Positions 41,989 to 52,899 of a stretch of DNA of 64,000 nt are shown here, piece by piece. The notes beneath the pieces are model-generated. The model did not search any database. It was given only the letters and a program-made list of their open reading frames with translations, and was not told the DNA's origin. Positions within the stretch are counted from its first letter, which is position 1; every line of letters starts with the position of its first letter. This DNA is from an uncultured Eubacteriales bacterium. GTDB taxonomy: Bacteria > Bacillota > Clostridia > Peptostreptococcales > Anaerovoracaceae. A program made the position numbers and the translations under genes. The stretch spans positions 2,705 through 66,704 of the forward strand of contig ONRQ01000021.1 of NCBI GenBank assembly GCA_900320285.1, in the 5' to 3' direction.

Positions 41989-43356
41989 TTATACAAGGCC
42001 CTGAGCCATCATAGCCTCAGCAACTCTCTCGAATCCAGCGATGTTAGCACCAGCAACAAGAGCGTTCTTGTCGTTGTAGTACTTTTCGCCAGCCTTTGCG
42101 CAAGCGCTGTAGATGTTCTTCATGATCTGGTGGAGCTGATCATAAACAGCCTGATGCTGGAATGCAGTGTGACCTGCGTTCTGGCCCATCTCGATGCAGG
42201 AGCAAGCAACGCCGCCTGCGTTAGCTGCCTTAGCAGGACCAACAGCGATCATGTTGTCCATGAGATACTTCAGAGCATCGTTGGTTGTAGGCATGTTAGC
42301 GCCTTCGCAGTAGAACTTGCAGCCACCATCAACGATCTGCTTAGCATGCTCCATGTGAACGTCGTTCTGCATAGCGCATGGGATGAACATATCGATCTTG
42401 CAGCCTGTATCCTGGAATACGCCCCAAGGCTTCTTTCCAGCGAAGAACTTAGCGTTAGGGAATTTCTCTGCGTATGGAGCGCAGATGTTCTTTCCGGATC
42501 CTCTGAGCTCGAGGAGGTAGTCAACCTTCTCCTGAGTTGTGATTCCGTCTGGATCATAGATATATCCGTCTGGTCCGGAGATTGTTACGCACTTAGCACC
42601 GAGCTCCCAGAGCTTCCATGCTGTACCCCATGCAACGTTACCGAAGCCGGAGATAGCAACATTCTTGCCCTTGAAGTCTTCGCCATTAGCCTTCAGCATT
42701 TCCTCAGCGTACCATACGATACCGAATCCGGTAGCCTCTGCTCTTCCGAGGAGTCCGCCGTAAGGGATTCCCTTACCTGTGAGAACGCCTTCATACTTGT
42801 CAACGATTCTCTTATACTGTCCGAAGAGATATCCGATCTCTCTTGCGCCAACACCGAGGTCACCAGCAGGAACGTCTGTGTTAGCTCCGATGTGTCTGTA
42901 GAGCTCTGTCATGAAAGCCTGGCAGAATCTCATAACTTCAGCATCGCTCTTTCCGTTAGGATCGAAGTCGGAACCGCCCTTGCCGCCGCCGATTGGGAGT
43001 CCGGTCAGGGAGTTCTTGAAGATCTGCTCGAATCCGAGGAACTTGATGATTCCAGGATATACGTTTGGAGCAAATCTCAGGCCGCCCTTGTAAGGTCCGA
43101 TTGCGCTGTTGAACTGATATCTGTAGCCCTTGTTAACCTGAACTTTGCCATTGTCGTCAACCCAAACTACTCTGAAAGTAACTCCTCTTTCAGGCTCAAC
43201 GAGTCTTTCAAGAAGTGCAGCTTCTTCATACTTAGGGTTAGCATCCATTACAGGAGCCAGGGAAGTCAGTACCTCTTCTACAGTCTGGTGGAATTCTACC
43301 TCACCAGGATTGTTCTTCTTGCACTGCTCGATGACTCTTTCTACATAATTTGCCAT
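41989..43356 (-). CDS. gdhA: NADP-specific glutamate dehydrogenase
   Basis: LPIGGGKGGSDFDP active-site motif and the GFGNVAWG dinucleotide fold. Start at ATG 43356. Confidence 0.95.
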   Translation of the reverse strand: MANYVERVIEQCKKNNPGEVEFHQTVEEVLTSLAPVMDANPKYEEAALLERLVEPERGVTFRVVWVDDNGKVQVNKGYRYQFNSAIGPYKGGLRFAPNVYPGIIKFLGFEQIFKNSLTGLPIGGGKGGSDFDPNGKSDAEVMRFCQAFMTELYRHIGANTDVPAGDLGVGAREIGYLFGQYKRIVDKYEGVLTGKGIPYGGLLGRAEATGFGIVWYAEEMLKANGEDFKGKNVAISGFGNVAWGTAWKLWELGAKCVTISGPDGYIYDPDGITTQEKVDYLLELRGSGKNICAPYAEKFPNAKFFAGKKPWGVFQDTGCKIDMFIPCAMQNDVHMEHAKQIVDGGCKFYCEGANMPTTNDALKYLMDNMIAVGPAKAANAGGVACSCIEMGQNAGHTAFQHQAVYDQLHQIMKNIYSACAKAGEKYYNDKNALVAGANIAGFERVAEAMMAQGLV

Positions 43357-43553
43357 GGGTATCACTCTCCTTATAAAACACTTAAAAAGTTGGCATGGGC
43401 ATAATAAGCCCTATGTCTAAATTTTAACACCACGGCATAAAAAGTCAACATCAAACAGCTGAGTAAAACTGCAAAAACGGACGAGCTGGCAGGGCTGTAT
43501 TATCTGTGCCTCCTTGTGACTATTTCCGGAAAAAATGCTATAATTATCTAACT

Positions 43554-45884
43554 ATGCGCAAGACATTAAACAGTGAACAGAATAAAGCCGTGAGGCAGCT
43601 GGATGGTCCTGTTCTGATACTCGCGGGAGCGGGTTCGGGCAAGACAGCCACCATGACTCACCGTATGGCATACATGATAGAACAGGGTATCGACCCGCGT
43701 AGCATCCTTGCCGTTACATTCACAAACAAGGCGGCCGGAGAGATGAGAAGCCGCGTGGAAGAGCTGGTCGGAGAGGTATACGGCATGTGGATCATGACAT
43801 TCCATGCCATGTGCCTTCGCATGCTCAGATACTCACCTGAAAGGCTCGGATACAAGGCCGGCTTCACGGTGTATGACGAGACAGACAAGAAAACTCTGGT
43901 CAAGAGGATATGCAAAGAGCTCAACATAGACGATAAGGTGTCTTCACCGTCTATGATCATAGCAGTCATCAGCAAGTGCAAGGAGAATGAGGAGGGTCCT
44001 GAAGAGTTTCTGGCATCTGCAAAAGGCCTGCTTTACGAAAAGCATATATACGATGTGTATAAGCGCTACCAGGAAGAGCTGATGAATGCAAATGCCATGG
44101 ATTTTGATGATCTTCTCTGGAATGGAGTGAAGCTTCTGGAGCAGAATCCGGATATTCTCGCATACTACTCGAACCGTTTCAGATACATAATGGTAGACGA
44201 GTATCAGGACACCAACTACCTGCAGTACAAGCTCATAAAAATGCTTGCTTCAGCTCATGGCAACCTGTGCGTTGTCGGAGATGATGACCAGTGCATTTAT
44301 CAGTGGCGCGGGGCGGATATCCGCAACATACTCGACTTCGAAAATGATTTCAGGAATGTTCTCACGATAAGGCTCGAGCAGAATTACAGATCTGACGGAA
44401 ACATCCTGAAGCTCGCGAACTCCGTCATCAAGAACAACAGGGAGAGAAAGGCAAAGGCTCTATGGACAGACAGAAAAGACGGGGAGAAGATAACATATAA
44501 AAGGCTCGAAGACGAAAAGCAGGAGGCCTGGTGGATAGGATCCGAAATCGAAAGACTCAGGGAGACCGAAGGCTACAGCTATAAAGACTTTGCGATCCTT
44601 TACCGCAAGAATGCTCAGTCAAGAAGCTTCGAAGAAAAGTTCAGCTTCCGCGGCATACCATACAGGGTGCTGGCAGGGCTCAGATATTACGACCGCAAAG
44701 AGATCAAGGACGTCATGGCATATCTCCGGTTGATCGAGAACCCGGGCGACAATGTGTCGATGATGAGGGTCATCAACGAGCCGAAGCGCGGTATCGGGGG
44801 CAAGACTCTGGCCGGTATAGAGGAATATGCCAAAGCTTATAATATGACCATGTTCGAAGCGCTCTGTGAAAAGGAGCTTCTCTCGACATTCGGCCCAAAG
44901 CTCAGGGCATCCATAGAAGATTTCACGGGCATGCTGTCAGATATCAGGCATGAGCAGGAGAATCTCACTCTTACTGACCTCTATGACAACGTGCTCAACC
45001 GTTCAGGATACCTTAAGGCGCTTGAGGACGCGGGTACTGTAGAAGCGGAAAGCCGCATAGAAAACATAATGGAATTCAAATCCGTCATTGCCGAGTTCGA
45101 GAAAGGACTCGCGGACGGAAGCGCGCAGGCTCTGCGTGATGAGATGAGGGCAGAGCGGCTCGCGCTCATGGGCAAGGATATAGATGCTGACGAGCAGACT
45201 GAACTGTCCGCATTCCTTGAGCAGATCACACTGATGGCCGACATAGACAATCATGATGAGGATGAAGACGCCGTAGTGCTCATGACTCTGCATTCCGCCA
45301 AAGGCCTGGAATTTCCGGTCGTGTTTATACCGGGCATGGAAAACGGCATGTTTCCGGGAATGGCTGCTCTCGACGAAGAGCATGGCATGGAGGAGGAGAG
45401 AAGACTTTGCTACGTGGGCATAACCCGCGCAATGAAAAAACTCTATCTCACCGGAGCTCAGGTAAGAACGGTATATGGCCGCACTGACTTCCAGATGGAA
45501 TCGAAGTTCCTCGACGAGATGGACAGGGAGTGCATGGACGGAGATGTTCTGGTGAATGACAAGGTTAAGACCGGCACGGGTCTGAGAGGTGAGGGCTCAT
45601 ATTTCGGAGATTACTACTTCGGAGGACGCTCCTACGGAACGGCAGACGGATATGCAGGCGAACCTGCTTCGAAACCATTTGACAGCCTGTCGGCAGCCAG
45701 AAGACAGACCGCAAACAAGGCAAAAATACATCAGGAATTCGCTAACGGTGATATCGTAAGGCACCCTAAGTTCGGCGAAGGCATGGTGATAGAACAGGAC
45801 GATAAGACCATGACGGTAATGTTCGATGACTTCGGACAGAAGAAGCTCGGTAAGGGCTACGTCAAAATGGAGAAAGTGGAATGA
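43554..45884 (+). CDS. pcrA: ATP-dependent DNA helicase PcrA (UvrD family)
   Basis: LNSEQNKAV..ILAGAGSGKT, VDEYQDTN, LEQNYRS and TLHSAKGLEFPVVF. Followed by ligA, as in other Firmicutes. Confidence 0.9.
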   Translation: MRKTLNSEQNKAVRQLDGPVLILAGAGSGKTATMTHRMAYMIEQGIDPRSILAVTFTNKAAGEMRSRVEELVGEVYGMWIMTFHAMCLRMLRYSPERLGYKAGFTVYDETDKKTLVKRICKELNIDDKVSSPSMIIAVISKCKENEEGPEEFLASAKGLLYEKHIYDVYKRYQEELMNANAMDFDDLLWNGVKLLEQNPDILAYYSNRFRYIMVDEYQDTNYLQYKLIKMLASAHGNLCVVGDDDQCIYQWRGADIRNILDFENDFRNVLTIRLEQNYRSDGNILKLANSVIKNNRERKAKALWTDRKDGEKITYKRLEDEKQEAWWIGSEIERLRETEGYSYKDFAILYRKNAQSRSFEEKFSFRGIPYRVLAGLRYYDRKEIKDVMAYLRLIENPGDNVSMMRVINEPKRGIGGKTLAGIEEYAKAYNMTMFEALCEKELLSTFGPKLRASIEDFTGMLSDIRHEQENLTLTDLYDNVLNRSGYLKALEDAGTVEAESRIENIMEFKSVIAEFEKGLADGSAQALRDEMRAERLALMGKDIDADEQTELSAFLEQITLMADIDNHDEDEDAVVLMTLHSAKGLEFPVVFIPGMENGMFPGMAALDEEHGMEEERRLCYVGITRAMKKLYLTGAQVRTVYGRTDFQMESKFLDEMDRECMDGDVLVNDKVKTGTGLRGEGSYFGDYYFGGRSYGTADGYAGEPASKPFDSLSAARRQTANKAKIHQEFANGDIVRHPKFGEGMVIEQDDKTMTVMFDDFGQKKLGKGYVKMEKVE

Positions 45885-47836
45885 CTATCGAGGAAAAGAA
45901 AAACCGGATCGATTTTCTGACAGAAAAGCTCAATGAGGCTTCGAGGGCTTACTATACCGATGGCGCAGAGATCATCACTAACTATGAGTACGACGAGATG
46001 TACGATGAACTCCTCGCGCTTGAGGATGAGACCGGCTACATCAGGGATGACAGCCCGTCGATCAATGTCGGCTTTGAGACTGCTGCAGGATTGCCGAAGA
46101 TAGTCCATGAGATAAAGATGCTCTCGCTCAACAAGACCAAAGACAGGGATGAGCTGAAGGCCTGGCTTGGCGATAAGGAAGGTCTGCTCTCATGGAAGCT
46201 CGATGGCCTTACAGTCGGACTTACCTATGAAAACGGGAGGCTTGTTCAGGGCGTCACAAGGGGCAACGGTGTAGAGGGAGAGCTCATTACAGCCAATGTT
46301 CTCGCGTGCCGCAATGTTCCTAAAAGCATTCCGCATAAAGGCAGGGTAATGTTACGCGGTGAAGCCGTGATCAGATACTCAGACTTTGAGAAGATCAACG
46401 AGGCAATAGAGGATGCAGATGCCAGGTATAAGAATCCGAGAAACCTCTGCAGCGGCAGCATACGTCAGCTCGATCCTAAGGTGACAGCGGAGAGAAGCGT
46501 CAATTTCTATGCTTTCAGCCTGACTCTATCCGAAGGCTTCGAAACATCAAGCCGCAGAGAGAAGATGGAGTGGCTTAGGGCCCAGGGCTTTGATGTCGTT
46601 GACTATGTGATGGTCAACAAGGACAATCTGTTCGCCGCCATAGATAAATATGAAGAAGCTATAAAGAGTTTCGATATACCTTCTGACGGACTCGTGCTTA
46701 CCCTGGAGGATGCGGATTACGCATCGACTCTGGGAGAGACGGCGAAGTACCCGAAGGACTCGATCGCATTCAAGTGGCGTGACCAGCAGGCTGAGACAGT
46801 GCTCCGGGAGATTGAATGGAGCCCTTCGCGTACCGGACTTCTGAATCCGGTTGCAATATTTGATCCTGTAGAGCTTGAAGGGACAACCGTTTCACGTGCT
46901 TCTGTTCATAACCTCAACATTATGGAAGACCTCGAGCTGGGAATCGGCGATACCATTCAGGTCTATAAGGCAAATATGATCATTCCGCAGCTTGCCGGAA
47001 ACCTCACAAGGAGCGGCAATATAGAGATACCTGATACGTGTCCGGTGTGCGGCGGCAGAACGCGCGTCAGGGATGAAGAGGGTACCAGAACTCTTATCTG
47101 TACAAATCCTGATTGTCTGGCCAAACACGTCAAAAGGTTCGAGCACTTCGTATCAAGAGATGCGATGAACATTGAAGGCCTGTCGGAGTCAGGACTGCTC
47201 AAGCTGATCGGTATTGGAGCTCTGAGCAGGTTCGCAGATTTGTTCAGGCTCGAAGAGCATAAAAGTGCTATTATTAACATGGAGGGCTTTGGAGCCAAGT
47301 CATACGACAATCTTATTGAATCGGCTAAAAAGGCCTCGAATACCACTCCTGCAAGACTGCTGTATGGTCTGGGGGTTCCGGGCATCGGCGTTGCTACATC
47401 GAATCTTATTTCGCGTTCCTGCCGCAATAAGTGGAGCGAGATAGAAAATCTTGACGAAGAAACACTTAGAGACATTGATAAGGTCGGTCCTGTCATGGCA
47501 AGTGATTATGTGCGTTTCTTCGCGGATGAAGACAACAGGTCTGAGATAGCTGACCTGTTGGGTCTTCTGACTATTGATGAGAGCTATGAAGCGGCCGGTA
47601 CGAGCCTTGAAGGAAAGACTTTCGTAATAACCGGAAGCCTTGAGCATTATGCGAACCGCAAGGATCTCAAGGCTGAGATAGAAGCCGAGGGCGGCAAAGT
47701 CGCAGGCTCGGTATCCTCAAAGACAGATTATCTTATTACCAACGATCCGAATTCAGGTTCCTCCAAAAACAGGACTGCGCGTGAACTCGGAGTGGCGATA
47801 ATCACTGAAGAGGAAATAATACATATGCTGAAGTAA
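45881..47836 (+). CDS. ligA: NAD-dependent DNA ligase
   Basis: KMLSLNK adenylation lysine motif, a Zn finger CPVCG...C.NP.C, and a C-terminal BRCT (GKTFVITGSL). ATGA overlap with pcrA. Confidence 0.95.
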   Translation: MTIEEKKNRIDFLTEKLNEASRAYYTDGAEIITNYEYDEMYDELLALEDETGYIRDDSPSINVGFETAAGLPKIVHEIKMLSLNKTKDRDELKAWLGDKEGLLSWKLDGLTVGLTYENGRLVQGVTRGNGVEGELITANVLACRNVPKSIPHKGRVMLRGEAVIRYSDFEKINEAIEDADARYKNPRNLCSGSIRQLDPKVTAERSVNFYAFSLTLSEGFETSSRREKMEWLRAQGFDVVDYVMVNKDNLFAAIDKYEEAIKSFDIPSDGLVLTLEDADYASTLGETAKYPKDSIAFKWRDQQAETVLREIEWSPSRTGLLNPVAIFDPVELEGTTVSRASVHNLNIMEDLELGIGDTIQVYKANMIIPQLAGNLTRSGNIEIPDTCPVCGGRTRVRDEEGTRTLICTNPDCLAKHVKRFEHFVSRDAMNIEGLSESGLLKLIGIGALSRFADLFRLEEHKSAIINMEGFGAKSYDNLIESAKKASNTTPARLLYGLGVPGIGVATSNLISRSCRNKWSEIENLDEETLRDIDKVGPVMASDYVRFFADEDNRSEIADLLGLLTIDESYEAAGTSLEGKTFVITGSLEHYANRKDLKAEIEAEGGKVAGSVSSKTDYLITNDPNSGSSKNRTARELGVAIITEEEIIHMLK

Positions 47837-47865
47837 AAGATAAGCCGGGAAAGGAGGACGGACCA

Positions 47866-49263
47866 ATGGAGAATGTAAACATGGTTCCAGACATGGATCA
47901 GGCATACGAGGATTCCTTTTACAAAATAATCGAACTCCTCGAGACAAAGAAGTACTTCCATGCCCGAGATGAACTCCTTAAACATAATGAAGTCGAGATA
48001 GCTGAAATGCTTGTAGACATCAGGAGAGAATTCGACCTCAAAACAATGGTCGTTCTCTTTAGGGCGCTTCCGAAAGATATAAGCGTCGATGTGTTTGCTG
48101 AGCTGAGCGTCGAGGATCAGGTAGATATCATAAACATCATAACCGATCCCGAAATCAGATACATACTCGATGAGCTCGACTTCGATGATATGATCGACGT
48201 CCTTGAAGAGCTGCCGTCTAACATAGTAGACAAGATTCTCGACAAGACTCCAAAGAGCGAGAGGCGCCTGATCAATACTTTCCTTAAGTATAAGGAAGAC
48301 AGCGCCGGCGCCCTGATGACGCCGGAGTATATCAATCTCAAAAAGGATGCTACGGTAAGGGAGGCTCTTGATCACATCAAGGAAGTAGGCCTCGACTCAG
48401 AGACAATTTATACATGCTATGTAGTCGACAGCGGCCGAAAGCTTATCGGAGTAGTATCACTAAAGTCTCTGGTCATCTCACCTGATACCATGAAGGTGTC
48501 AGACCTCATGCATGACGATCCGGTGGTCGCTCATGTAGATGATGACCAGGAGGAAGTATCCGAACTGTTCACCAGATACGGTTATCTGGCTATCCCGGTA
48601 GTAGACAATGAATTCAGATTAGTCGGTATCGTTACCGTAGACGACATCCTGGAAGTCATCGAAGAAGAGACTACCGAGGATATCGAGCGTATGGGCGGTG
48701 TCATCGACACTTCGGACAGGGAGTATCTCGACCGGTCCGTCTGGCAGCACGTCAAGGCGAGGCTGCCGTGGCTGTTTCTGCTCATGTGCTCATATTTTGT
48801 GACCGGCGGCATACTGGCAAGATTTGAGGACGCGATGTCTGCTGTCATAGCCCTGGTAATCTACATGCCGATGCTTATGGGTACCGGCGGTAACTCGGGC
48901 TCGCAGTCATCGACACTGGTCATCCGTGGTATGGCGACAGGTGAACTCGAGCTTGGAGATTTCATAAAGGTAATGTGGAAGGAGATCAGAGTCGGCGTTA
49001 TAGTCGGTATCTGCCTGAGCATTCTGAACTACTTCAGAATAGTATATCTTGATCATAATCCGCCTCTTGTAGCGGTTACGGTGTGCGTATCCATGATACT
49101 TATCGTAATCATCGCAAAGCTGATAGGATCCATGCTGCCTATGGTGGCCAAACGCATCGGCATAGACCCTGCACTGATGGCGGGACCTATGATGGCATCG
49201 ATCACAGATATGATCTCACTTTGTACGTATTTCATAATGGCAGGATTGTTCCTGCACATATAA
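47866..49263 (+). CDS. mgtE: Magnesium transporter MgtE
   Basis: N-domain, tandem CBS region and the C-terminal TM domain motif GTGGNSGSQSS. Confidence 0.9.
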   Translation: MENVNMVPDMDQAYEDSFYKIIELLETKKYFHARDELLKHNEVEIAEMLVDIRREFDLKTMVVLFRALPKDISVDVFAELSVEDQVDIINIITDPEIRYILDELDFDDMIDVLEELPSNIVDKILDKTPKSERRLINTFLKYKEDSAGALMTPEYINLKKDATVREALDHIKEVGLDSETIYTCYVVDSGRKLIGVVSLKSLVISPDTMKVSDLMHDDPVVAHVDDDQEEVSELFTRYGYLAIPVVDNEFRLVGIVTVDDILEVIEEETTEDIERMGGVIDTSDREYLDRSVWQHVKARLPWLFLLMCSYFVTGGILARFEDAMSAVIALVIYMPMLMGTGGNSGSQSSTLVIRGMATGELELGDFIKVMWKEIRVGVIVGICLSILNYFRIVYLDHNPPLVAVTVCVSMILIVIIAKLIGSMLPMVAKRIGIDPALMAGPMMASITDMISLCTYFIMAGLFLHI

Positions 49264-49335
49264 TGCCGGAAACCGAATATGATGAATGCTGTTGCCCGCA
49301 GAAGGGCAGCAGCATTTTGTATAAGAACAGAAACT

Positions 49336-49896
49336 ATGATCAAAGAAAAAGGGCAGAAACCTGGAATAGATGAACTTGCGGCTCTTGCGAAAGAAGCCGG
49401 CTTTACTTATGCTGTGACGCTGGATATGGATTCACTTGAGTTCATGGAAGAAGTCCGCAGCATGTGTTCTGCAGACCGCTGCAAGAGCTACGGCAAAAGC
49501 TGGAGCTGTCCGCCTGCAATAGGGAGTGTTGAAAGAGCGAAAGAACGTGCTGAAGCATATCACCGCGGAATATTAGTCCAGACTGCAGGAACCCTTGCGG
49601 ACAGCTTCGATATGGACGGTACTGCGGCAATAATGAAGAAGCACAGAAAGAATTTTGATACACTGGTAAGGCAGGTAAAATATTTTTATCCGGACTGCCT
49701 GCCTATGGGAGCCGGCACATGCAGGATCTGCCGCTCGTGCACTTACCCTGACAGGCCATGCAGGCATCCTGACAAAATGATTTCCTCCATGGAGGCTTAC
49801 GGACTCCTGGTGAGCGACGTGGCAATAAAATCAGGGCTAAAGTATAATTATGGTGAAAACACGATGTGCTTCACATCATGTGTGCTGATTGACTGA
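49336..49896 (+). CDS. DUF2284-like predicted metal-binding (Cys-rich) protein
   Basis: CSADRCKSYGKSWSCPP and CRICRSCTYPDRPCRHP cysteine clusters. The start (49336 or 49279) is uncertain and has no clear SD. Confidence 0.7.
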   Translation: MIKEKGQKPGIDELAALAKEAGFTYAVTLDMDSLEFMEEVRSMCSADRCKSYGKSWSCPPAIGSVERAKERAEAYHRGILVQTAGTLADSFDMDGTAAIMKKHRKNFDTLVRQVKYFYPDCLPMGAGTCRICRSCTYPDRPCRHPDKMISSMEAYGLLVSDVAIKSGLKYNYGENTMCFTSCVLID

Positions 49897-49909
49897 AAGG
49901 GTGTTATAC

Positions 49910-51658
49910 ATGACAGCAAAAGAGATTTTTCTTGAATTACTTAAACCGGATGGGAAACCGGAGCGGCAGCTGGTGCAGTATGAAGCGCTTCAGATGGCTC
50001 TTGGTGATCCGATTGGCGGGTATCTGCATATGGGGAGAATGCCCGGCGCTACCATCACAGACCGTTGGGGTACAGTGATAGAGTGGCCGGCTGATGCTCC
50101 CGGGTCAATGCCTCTTGTAACTGATGAAAACAAAGTGATTAAGGATATAACCAGATGGCGTGATTATGTGCATGCACCGGAGTTTATTTCTCACAGCAGT
50201 GACCCGGAGGCCTGGGCGGCATTACGCGCTAAAACCAGAGAGCGCGCCGGTGATGAACGCCTGGTAGCAGGCTTCATGGCTACGGGCATCTTTGAGCAGT
50301 GCCATTTTCTGATGCCGTTCAAAGATGTGCTGACAAATCTCTATGACCATCCGAAGGAAATGCATGAGCTGATAGACTATATCACTGAGTTCAGACTTGC
50401 CTATGTGAAGCATCTTATAGAGAATCTGAAGCCTGATGTGATCTTTTCGCATGATGACTGGGGTACAAAAGATGCTCTCTTTATGAAGCCGGATATGTGG
50501 CGTGAGTTCTTCAAGGAGCCTTACCGCAGATTCTATGGATACATAAGGGAGCAGGGCGTAATTGCGATACATCACGCCGATTCCTATCTTGCACCTATTG
50601 TTGAAGACATGGCTGAGATAGGTATACAGGTATGGCAGGGAGTTCTTCCGGAGAACGACATACCGGCACTGCAGCAGAGACTTAAAGGCCGCATGGTGCT
50701 GATGGGAGGTATTGGAGCTGCAATCGACAGAGAGGATGCAGGCGAGGAAGAGGTGCGCAGGTATGTACATGATGCTCTTCATGAATACTGCCCGGGCGGG
50801 CACTTCATACCATCGATAACATACGGCCTTGCGGGTACTGTGTATAAACATGTGGACCCGTGGATAGACGATGAGATAAGAAAATATAATGAGGGAATTC
50901 ATCTTCCTAGATATACTTCTCCGTCAGCAGAGAGAAAGAACCCTGTGAAGCTTGGCATTGCTGCTGCAGATGTGGAAAAAGAGACCGTTAAAGCTGAATT
51001 AAAGCCTGAAACAAAGACCGGAACGACAATCTTTGATGAGATATCTGAAGCTCTGCAGGAGGGTGATGTCAGCGCTACTGTTAAAGCTGTGAAGACCGCT
51101 CTTGAACATGGCGAGGATGCTCAGGCTGTTTTGACTGGAGGACTGGTACGCGGAATGAACGAGCTGGGTGAGGATTTTTCACTTGGAGAAGTGTTCGTAC
51201 CGGAAATGCTGAGAGCCGCAAACTGCATGTCAGCTGCAACAGAGATACTTAAGCCGCTTCTTACGGGCGGAGCAGGAGGCATTGCTGCAGGCAAAGTATG
51301 TCTGGGAACAGTAAGAGGCGACCTGCATGATATAGGCAAGAACCTCGTGAAGATAATGATGGAGGGAAGCGGCCTTGAAGTCATAGATCTCGGCTGTGAT
51401 GTAAGCGCCGAAGACTTCATACAGGCTGCTATCGACAGCGATTGCGATATAATCGCGTGCTCTACTCTGCTGACGACAAGCATGGGTGAGATAGACCGTG
51501 TGGTAAAACTGGCCAAAGAGAGAAACATACGCGATAAGGTGAAGATACTGATCGGCGGCGCGCCTGTTACGCAGGAATTCTGCGAACAGACCGGCGCTGA
51601 CATGTACACGCCGGACGCGGCAGCCGCCGCGCGCGCCGCAATTCAGATGCTGTCCTGA
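49910..51658 (+). CDS. UroD/MtaA-superfamily methyltransferase domain fused to a cobalamin-binding (cap + Rossmann) domain; CmuA-like architecture
   Basis: The N-terminal ~340 aa are URO-D-like (FSHDDWGTKD..., IHHADS...). The C-terminus has a B12 cap (VPEMLRAANCM) and GDLHDIGKNLV (DxHxxG), CSTLLTTS (SxL) and ILIGGAPV (GG). Confidence 0.8.
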   Translation: MTAKEIFLELLKPDGKPERQLVQYEALQMALGDPIGGYLHMGRMPGATITDRWGTVIEWPADAPGSMPLVTDENKVIKDITRWRDYVHAPEFISHSSDPEAWAALRAKTRERAGDERLVAGFMATGIFEQCHFLMPFKDVLTNLYDHPKEMHELIDYITEFRLAYVKHLIENLKPDVIFSHDDWGTKDALFMKPDMWREFFKEPYRRFYGYIREQGVIAIHHADSYLAPIVEDMAEIGIQVWQGVLPENDIPALQQRLKGRMVLMGGIGAAIDREDAGEEEVRRYVHDALHEYCPGGHFIPSITYGLAGTVYKHVDPWIDDEIRKYNEGIHLPRYTSPSAERKNPVKLGIAAADVEKETVKAELKPETKTGTTIFDEISEALQEGDVSATVKAVKTALEHGEDAQAVLTGGLVRGMNELGEDFSLGEVFVPEMLRAANCMSAATEILKPLLTGGAGGIAAGKVCLGTVRGDLHDIGKNLVKIMMEGSGLEVIDLGCDVSAEDFIQAAIDSDCDIIACSTLLTTSMGEIDRVVKLAKERNIRDKVKILIGGAPVTQEFCEQTGADMYTPDAAAAARAAIQMLS

Positions 51659-51681
51659 TAACAAGAAACAGAGGAAAAGAT

Positions 51682-52899
51682 ATGGAATTATACTTCCCGC
51701 TCATACTTGACGGAGCAAACGGAACAGAGCTTCAGAAGAGGGGCTTTGACGGAAGCAAATGCACCGAGGCGTGGGTTCTCGAGCACCCTGAAGTGATGAA
51801 AAAGCTGCAGGAGGAATACATAGAAGCCGGCAGTGACATTGTTTATGCGCCTACATTCGGAGCCAACAGGGTAAAGCTCGAAGAGAACGGCATATTCAAT
51901 ATGGCAGGTGATTTCAACAGACGTCTTGTGGAGATATCCAAAGAAGCTGCGGCCGGAAAGGCTCTTGTAGCAGGCGATATAGCTACAAGCGGCAAGTTCC
52001 TGGCGCCTCTTGGAGACATCACATTCGGTGAGCTTTACGATATCTACCATGAGCAGGCTGAAGCGATGGAAGAGGCTGGGGTGGATATGTACGTGATAGA
52101 AACTATCATGACAGTGCCGGATGCGCGTGCTGCGCTGTTGGCAGTGAAGGATGTGAGCGACAAGCCTGTCCTCGTTTCATTCACATGCGATGAGAACGGC
52201 CGTACACTTACGGGATCCGATGTGAGGGCGGCCCTTGTAATACTGCAGGGCATGGGAATCGATGCTTTCGGACTCAACTGCAGCACAGGTCCTGCAGAGA
52301 TGCTTGAGCAGGCGAAGCGTCTGCGCGATCTCGCCGAAGTACCTGTCGCTATAAAGCCTAATGCAGGTCTGCCTAAGACTGTAAACGGAGAAACAGTCTA
52401 TGACTGTCCTCCGGACGAATTCGTTAAGCATACAAAAGAGTTCATAGAGCTCGGCGGCGCGCTCTTCGGAGGCTGCTGCGGCACGGGTCCTGAGCACATC
52501 GCGAAGATAGCGCCTGAGCTTGAGGGTTTTAAGCTCAGAAAACCTGATCCTCAGTATAGAGATAAGATAGTCTGCGCTACCGAAAAGGATGTGTTCATAC
52601 TTGAACCGGGTATTGAGGCAGGTGAGATCATCGAATGCGGTCCTGACCTTGAGGAACAGATAAGAAAAGCCAATAAAAGCGATTCGCAGATCATCACAAT
52701 AAAGATAGCCTGCGAGCCTGATATCGATGAGTTTGAAGCAGCTCAGTACGCGATACGTAAGCCGTTATGTATTGTCTGCGATGATACGGCGCTTCTTTCC
52801 GAAGCACTGATGCTTTATCAGGGCAGAGCACTTTATGCCGGAAACCTTTCTGATGAAGAGCTCGCTCCGATGGTACGCAGATACGGACTGATCATATGA
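51682..52899 (+). CDS. Homocysteine S-methyltransferase-domain protein (MetH Hcy-module-like) with a ~125-aa C-terminal extension
   Basis: LDGANGTELQ start, and Zn-ligand motifs GLNCSTGP and GGCCGTGPEHI. Starts 23 nt after the corrinoid fusion gene. Confidence 0.8.
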   Translation: MELYFPLILDGANGTELQKRGFDGSKCTEAWVLEHPEVMKKLQEEYIEAGSDIVYAPTFGANRVKLEENGIFNMAGDFNRRLVEISKEAAAGKALVAGDIATSGKFLAPLGDITFGELYDIYHEQAEAMEEAGVDMYVIETIMTVPDARAALLAVKDVSDKPVLVSFTCDENGRTLTGSDVRAALVILQGMGIDAFGLNCSTGPAEMLEQAKRLRDLAEVPVAIKPNAGLPKTVNGETVYDCPPDEFVKHTKEFIELGGALFGGCCGTGPEHIAKIAPELEGFKLRKPDPQYRDKIVCATEKDVFILEPGIEAGEIIECGPDLEEQIRKANKSDSQIITIKIACEPDIDEFEAAQYAIRKPLCIVCDDTALLSEALMLYQGRALYAGNLSDEELAPMVRRYGLII

